The notes beneath the pieces are model-generated. The model did no database searches. It was not told where the DNA came from and saw only the letters and a program-made list of their open reading frames with translations. From an uncultured delta proteobacterium (lineage in GTDB: Bacteria; Desulfobacterota; Desulfobacteria; Desulfobacterales; JAHEIW01), in NCBI GenBank assembly GCA_963706575.1, contig CAVPNL010000005.1, positions 1-64,000 on the forward strand: 64,000 bases of DNA, given 5' to 3'. Each line of letters opens with the position of its first letter. The first letter of the stretch is position 1. The position numbers were made by a program, and so were the translations under genes. This document shows positions 61,300-64,000 of this stretch, in pieces.

Positions 61300-62007
61300 A
61301 TGATTGAATCCATTTATCAGATTCTGGCCAAAATCGGTTACACCCATCCATTGCATCCGCCGGCCACTCATCTGCCGGCCGGGCTTATCATCGGGGGATT
61401 TGTATTCGCCCTGATTGCCTGGATTTTCAATCGTAAAAGCCTGGCCCAAACCGCGCGCCATTGTTTTATTCTGGCCTTAGTTATGGCCGTGGCCACGATT
61501 CTGCTGGGATTCATGGACTGGCAGCATCGCTTTGGCGGTGCCTATCTTTTTGAAATCAAAATGAAACTGGCGTTAGCAGGTATACTTGTGTTTTTACTTC
61601 TGGTCGCAGTGGTTTATGCCGCTTTGTCCGGAACCTTTACCAAAACACTTTTGGCCATATACGCGCTTTGTTTGTTGACAGTAATCGGCCTCGGGTATTT
61701 TGGCGGCGAGCTGGTGTATGGAACCAAAACCAGCGCAGAAACTGAATCCAAAGGCCTGGCCGGCGAAGGCACGGCGCTGTTCAAACAAAACTGCTCCGCC
61801 TGTCACTTTACCGATAGCACGGAAACGAAAGTGGGCCCCGGCCTGAAAGGCCTTTTCGCTCAAGACAAATTCCCAATCAGCGGCAAACCGGTGTCAGATG
61901 ACGGCTTTCGCCAGATTTTAAAAACACCTTACAGCAAAATGCCGCCCTTCGGGCACCTGGCAGACGAGCAGGTTAACGCACTGCTGGATTATCTAAAAAC
62001 ACTCTAA
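61300..62007 (+). CDS. membrane protein (DUF2231-like) fused to a monoheme cytochrome c
   Basis: HPLHP..TH.P, four TM segments, GGELVYG, CSACH, GPGL, KMPPF. Confidence 0.8.
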   Translation: MIESIYQILAKIGYTHPLHPPATHLPAGLIIGGFVFALIAWIFNRKSLAQTARHCFILALVMAVATILLGFMDWQHRFGGAYLFEIKMKLALAGILVFLLLVAVVYAALSGTFTKTLLAIYALCLLTVIGLGYFGGELVYGTKTSAETESKGLAGEGTALFKQNCSACHFTDSTETKVGPGLKGLFAQDKFPISGKPVSDDGFRQILKTPYSKMPPFGHLADEQVNALLDYLKTL

Positions 62008-62178
62008 TATCTAGCTGAAGTTCTTCAATGTGATGCAGAACGGCATGGAGAAACAAAAGCCTGATAGAAGAAAAGCCTAATTTGGTTTTCTTCTTCTTGC
62101 GTATTGACACCCACTTATATAATCCCTAACTTTCCAGTTAATAAATAACTTCCGGAAACACAAAAAGGAGATAAAAAA

Positions 62179-63000
62179 ATGAAAAAATGGATATTTATCG
62201 TCCTCGGTGCGATTGTTGTGGTCCTTATCGTCGTCGTGGTTGTCGGCCTTTCCAAACTGGGTCCTCTCGTCAAAATGGCGGTCAACACGTACGGCCCCAA
62301 AATTACGGGCACCGAATTGCGGGTGGATGATGTCGGAATTTCCATATTTTCGGCCGAAGCCAAGCTTAAAAAGTTTTTCCTGGGAAATCCAACCGGCTTC
62401 AAATCTCCGAGCGCCATGAAAGTCGGCTCTATCTATGTGGATGTTGATGAAGGTTCGATTACAAAAGATACCATCATCATTAATAAGATCGAAGTGGCCG
62501 GACCGGAAATTACATATGAGAAACGGGGCAAATCCGATAATTTTCAATCGATTTTAAACAATGTGCAAAATAATGTGCCCAAAGGAAAAACCGCTAAAAA
62601 AGAGCCGTCGGAGGAGGGTCCGGGAAAGAAGCTGATCATCAATGATTTTATAATAAAAAATGGCAAAGTGAACCTGGCTATGGAGATACCCGGTGGTGTG
62701 CTGGGTGACCAGGAAATCAAGGCCGATCTTCCCGACATTCATCTCAAGGATATAGGCAAGAAAAAAGGCGGTGCCTCAGCGGCAGAGGTGGCCAAGGAAA
62801 TTTTTGCGGCGCTGTACGGTAAAATTCAATCCCCCGCGGTGATGGGCGCTTTAAGCGATCAGTTAAAAAAACTGAGCGGCGCCGGCATTGATGAGATTGG
62901 AAAAGCCGCGAAGGGAGCCGCCGGTATGGTAGAGGGTGCCGGCAAAGATGCGGAAGGTGTTACCGACAAGGTGAAGGGGTTGTTCAAAAAGAAGGAATAG
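62179..63000 (+). CDS. AsmA-like protein
   Basis: N-terminal TM anchor, LGNPTGF, beta-rich pattern. Confidence 0.55.
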   Translation: MKKWIFIVLGAIVVVLIVVVVVGLSKLGPLVKMAVNTYGPKITGTELRVDDVGISIFSAEAKLKKFFLGNPTGFKSPSAMKVGSIYVDVDEGSITKDTIIINKIEVAGPEITYEKRGKSDNFQSILNNVQNNVPKGKTAKKEPSEEGPGKKLIINDFIIKNGKVNLAMEIPGGVLGDQEIKADLPDIHLKDIGKKKGGASAAEVAKEIFAALYGKIQSPAVMGALSDQLKKLSGAGIDEIGKAAKGAAGMVEGAGKDAEGVTDKVKGLFKKKE

Positions 63001-63070
63001 AGGTGGCTATATTAGTCCCCTAAGTCCAAATGGTTGTGTCGATAACTGATCTAAAAAGTTAAAAATATGC

Positions 63071-63203
63071 AAGTGAGCTAAAGTGCCTAAAGTGATCTAA
63101 AATGCCTAAAGTTAAGGTATTCTGTCATTTTTATAATAGATGATAGAGCGCAGCCATACCTTAACTTTAGGCACTTCCAACTTTAGTTCACTTTAGTCAC
63201 TTT
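63071..63203. repeat. family D palindromic 9-10-mer array
   Basis: (AAGTG.CTA)n ... (TTTAG.CAC)n around a GAGCGCAGC core. Confidence 0.75.
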
Positions 63204-64000
63204 TATAGAGCTCATCCGCCTGGATTTCATCCAGGGTTTTCTGATATTTTTCAACATGCGGCCCGCCGAGCATTACGGCTCGGCGGGCCGCATTTATTGC
63301 TTCCTGTTTTTTCCCCTGCTTCCAAAGTACATGGGCCAGATTGTTGAAAGCAACGCCTTCATCGGGGAAAAGAATCGTTGTTTTTTGCAATACCGTTCGG
63401 GCGGATTTCAAATCACCCTGAGCATAATAGCTGTTGCTCAAACCGATATGGGCTGAAAGGCTTTGCGGCCAGCGACCCAATGCGGTCTTATACCCTTCAA
63501 CCGCGGCCGGCCACTGTTCGGTTCTCTCCAGGCCGACAACTGCTTTAATATAGAAATTTTCTTCGGCTGTCGCCGGCAGACGGTTTGGCGGCAACACCAC
63601 CAATCCCCAGTGTTGACTTCTGGCCCATGTGTTTCCAAAGGTATTTAATGCGGTTGTTTTCCGTTTCGTGATTCCCGAGTGCAGGATGATCACCGCTTTG
63701 CCAAAATCATAACCGATGACCACTGCGTAGTGCCAGACGGGAACCCATGAGAGTCCGAGGTTCTGCAAAACAATAACCGGATGACCGGCTGTGATTTCTT
63801 TAAGCAATGCATTTACGCCCGAGATGGGATAGGCGATCCGACCATGGCGGCGGGCGGCGGCGATCATGGCTGGCTGCAGGCTGCCTTTGAGGGAAGGGGT
63901 ATAAACCTGCGGGGCGAGTTCATGCGCATTTATTTGAAGGCCGCTCCAGGCCAGAACCATTGCCAAGGAGGCCGGCCCGCACTGGTATTCTTCCTGGGGA
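63193..64000 (-). CDS. PA2778-family C39-like cysteine peptidase with TPR (5' end outside window)
   Basis: QEEYQCGPASLAM at the window edge, PVIVLQNLG, WHYAVVIGYD, TPR motif AFNNLA. Confidence 0.85.
   Translation of the reverse strand, partial: PQEEYQCGPASLAMVLAWSGLQINAHELAPQVYTPSLKGSLQPAMIAAARRHGRIAYPISGVNALLKEITAGHPVIVLQNLGLSWVPVWHYAVVIGYDFGKAVIILHSGITKRKTTALNTFGNTWARSQHWGLVVLPPNRLPATAEENFYIKAVVGLERTEQWPAAVEGYKTALGRWPQSLSAHIGLSNSYYAQGDLKSARTVLQKTTILFPDEGVAFNNLAHVLWKQGKKQEAINAARRAVMLGGPHVEKYQKTLDEIQADELYKSD

Noticed and set aside
1..64000. rRNA, tRNA, transposase, phage or defence-system genes
   Set aside because: None recognised by eye; tRNAscan-SE, Infernal and DefenseFinder runs would be needed to exclude them formally

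Overview
A 64-kb stretch of bacterial chromosome. Gene content (SdhAB, many acyl-CoA dehydrogenases, CoA ligases and thiolases, corrinoid proteins, TRAP/ABC transporters, DUF362, DUF169) suggests an anaerobic fatty-acid/aromatic-degrading deltaproteobacterium (Desulfobacterota-like; inferred, no marker gene here). I saw no rRNA, tRNA, CRISPR array, transposase or phage gene. Three things stand out. (1) A hidden probable selenoprotein (C-GCAxxG-C-C family, 12407-11928, minus strand) with an in-frame UGA at the first conserved Cys and a SECIS-like hairpin; the ORF track truncates it. (2) A ~17-kb catabolic island (11.9-28.8 kb) combining a CoA ligase, that selenoprotein, an acyl-CoA dehydrogenase lacking both canonical catalytic Glu residues, a divergent ETF, DUF169, two UroD-fold methyltransferases, a corrinoid protein, an acetylene-hydratase-clade Mo/W enzyme and a TRAP transporter; its substrate is unknown. 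(3) A dense set of nested non-coding repeats (TIR MITEs, REP doublets, palindromic 7-10-mer arrays) that often sit exactly on gene stop codons. Several genes carry patchy frameshifts, probably long-read consensus errors. All family calls come from motif recognition, not database searches.
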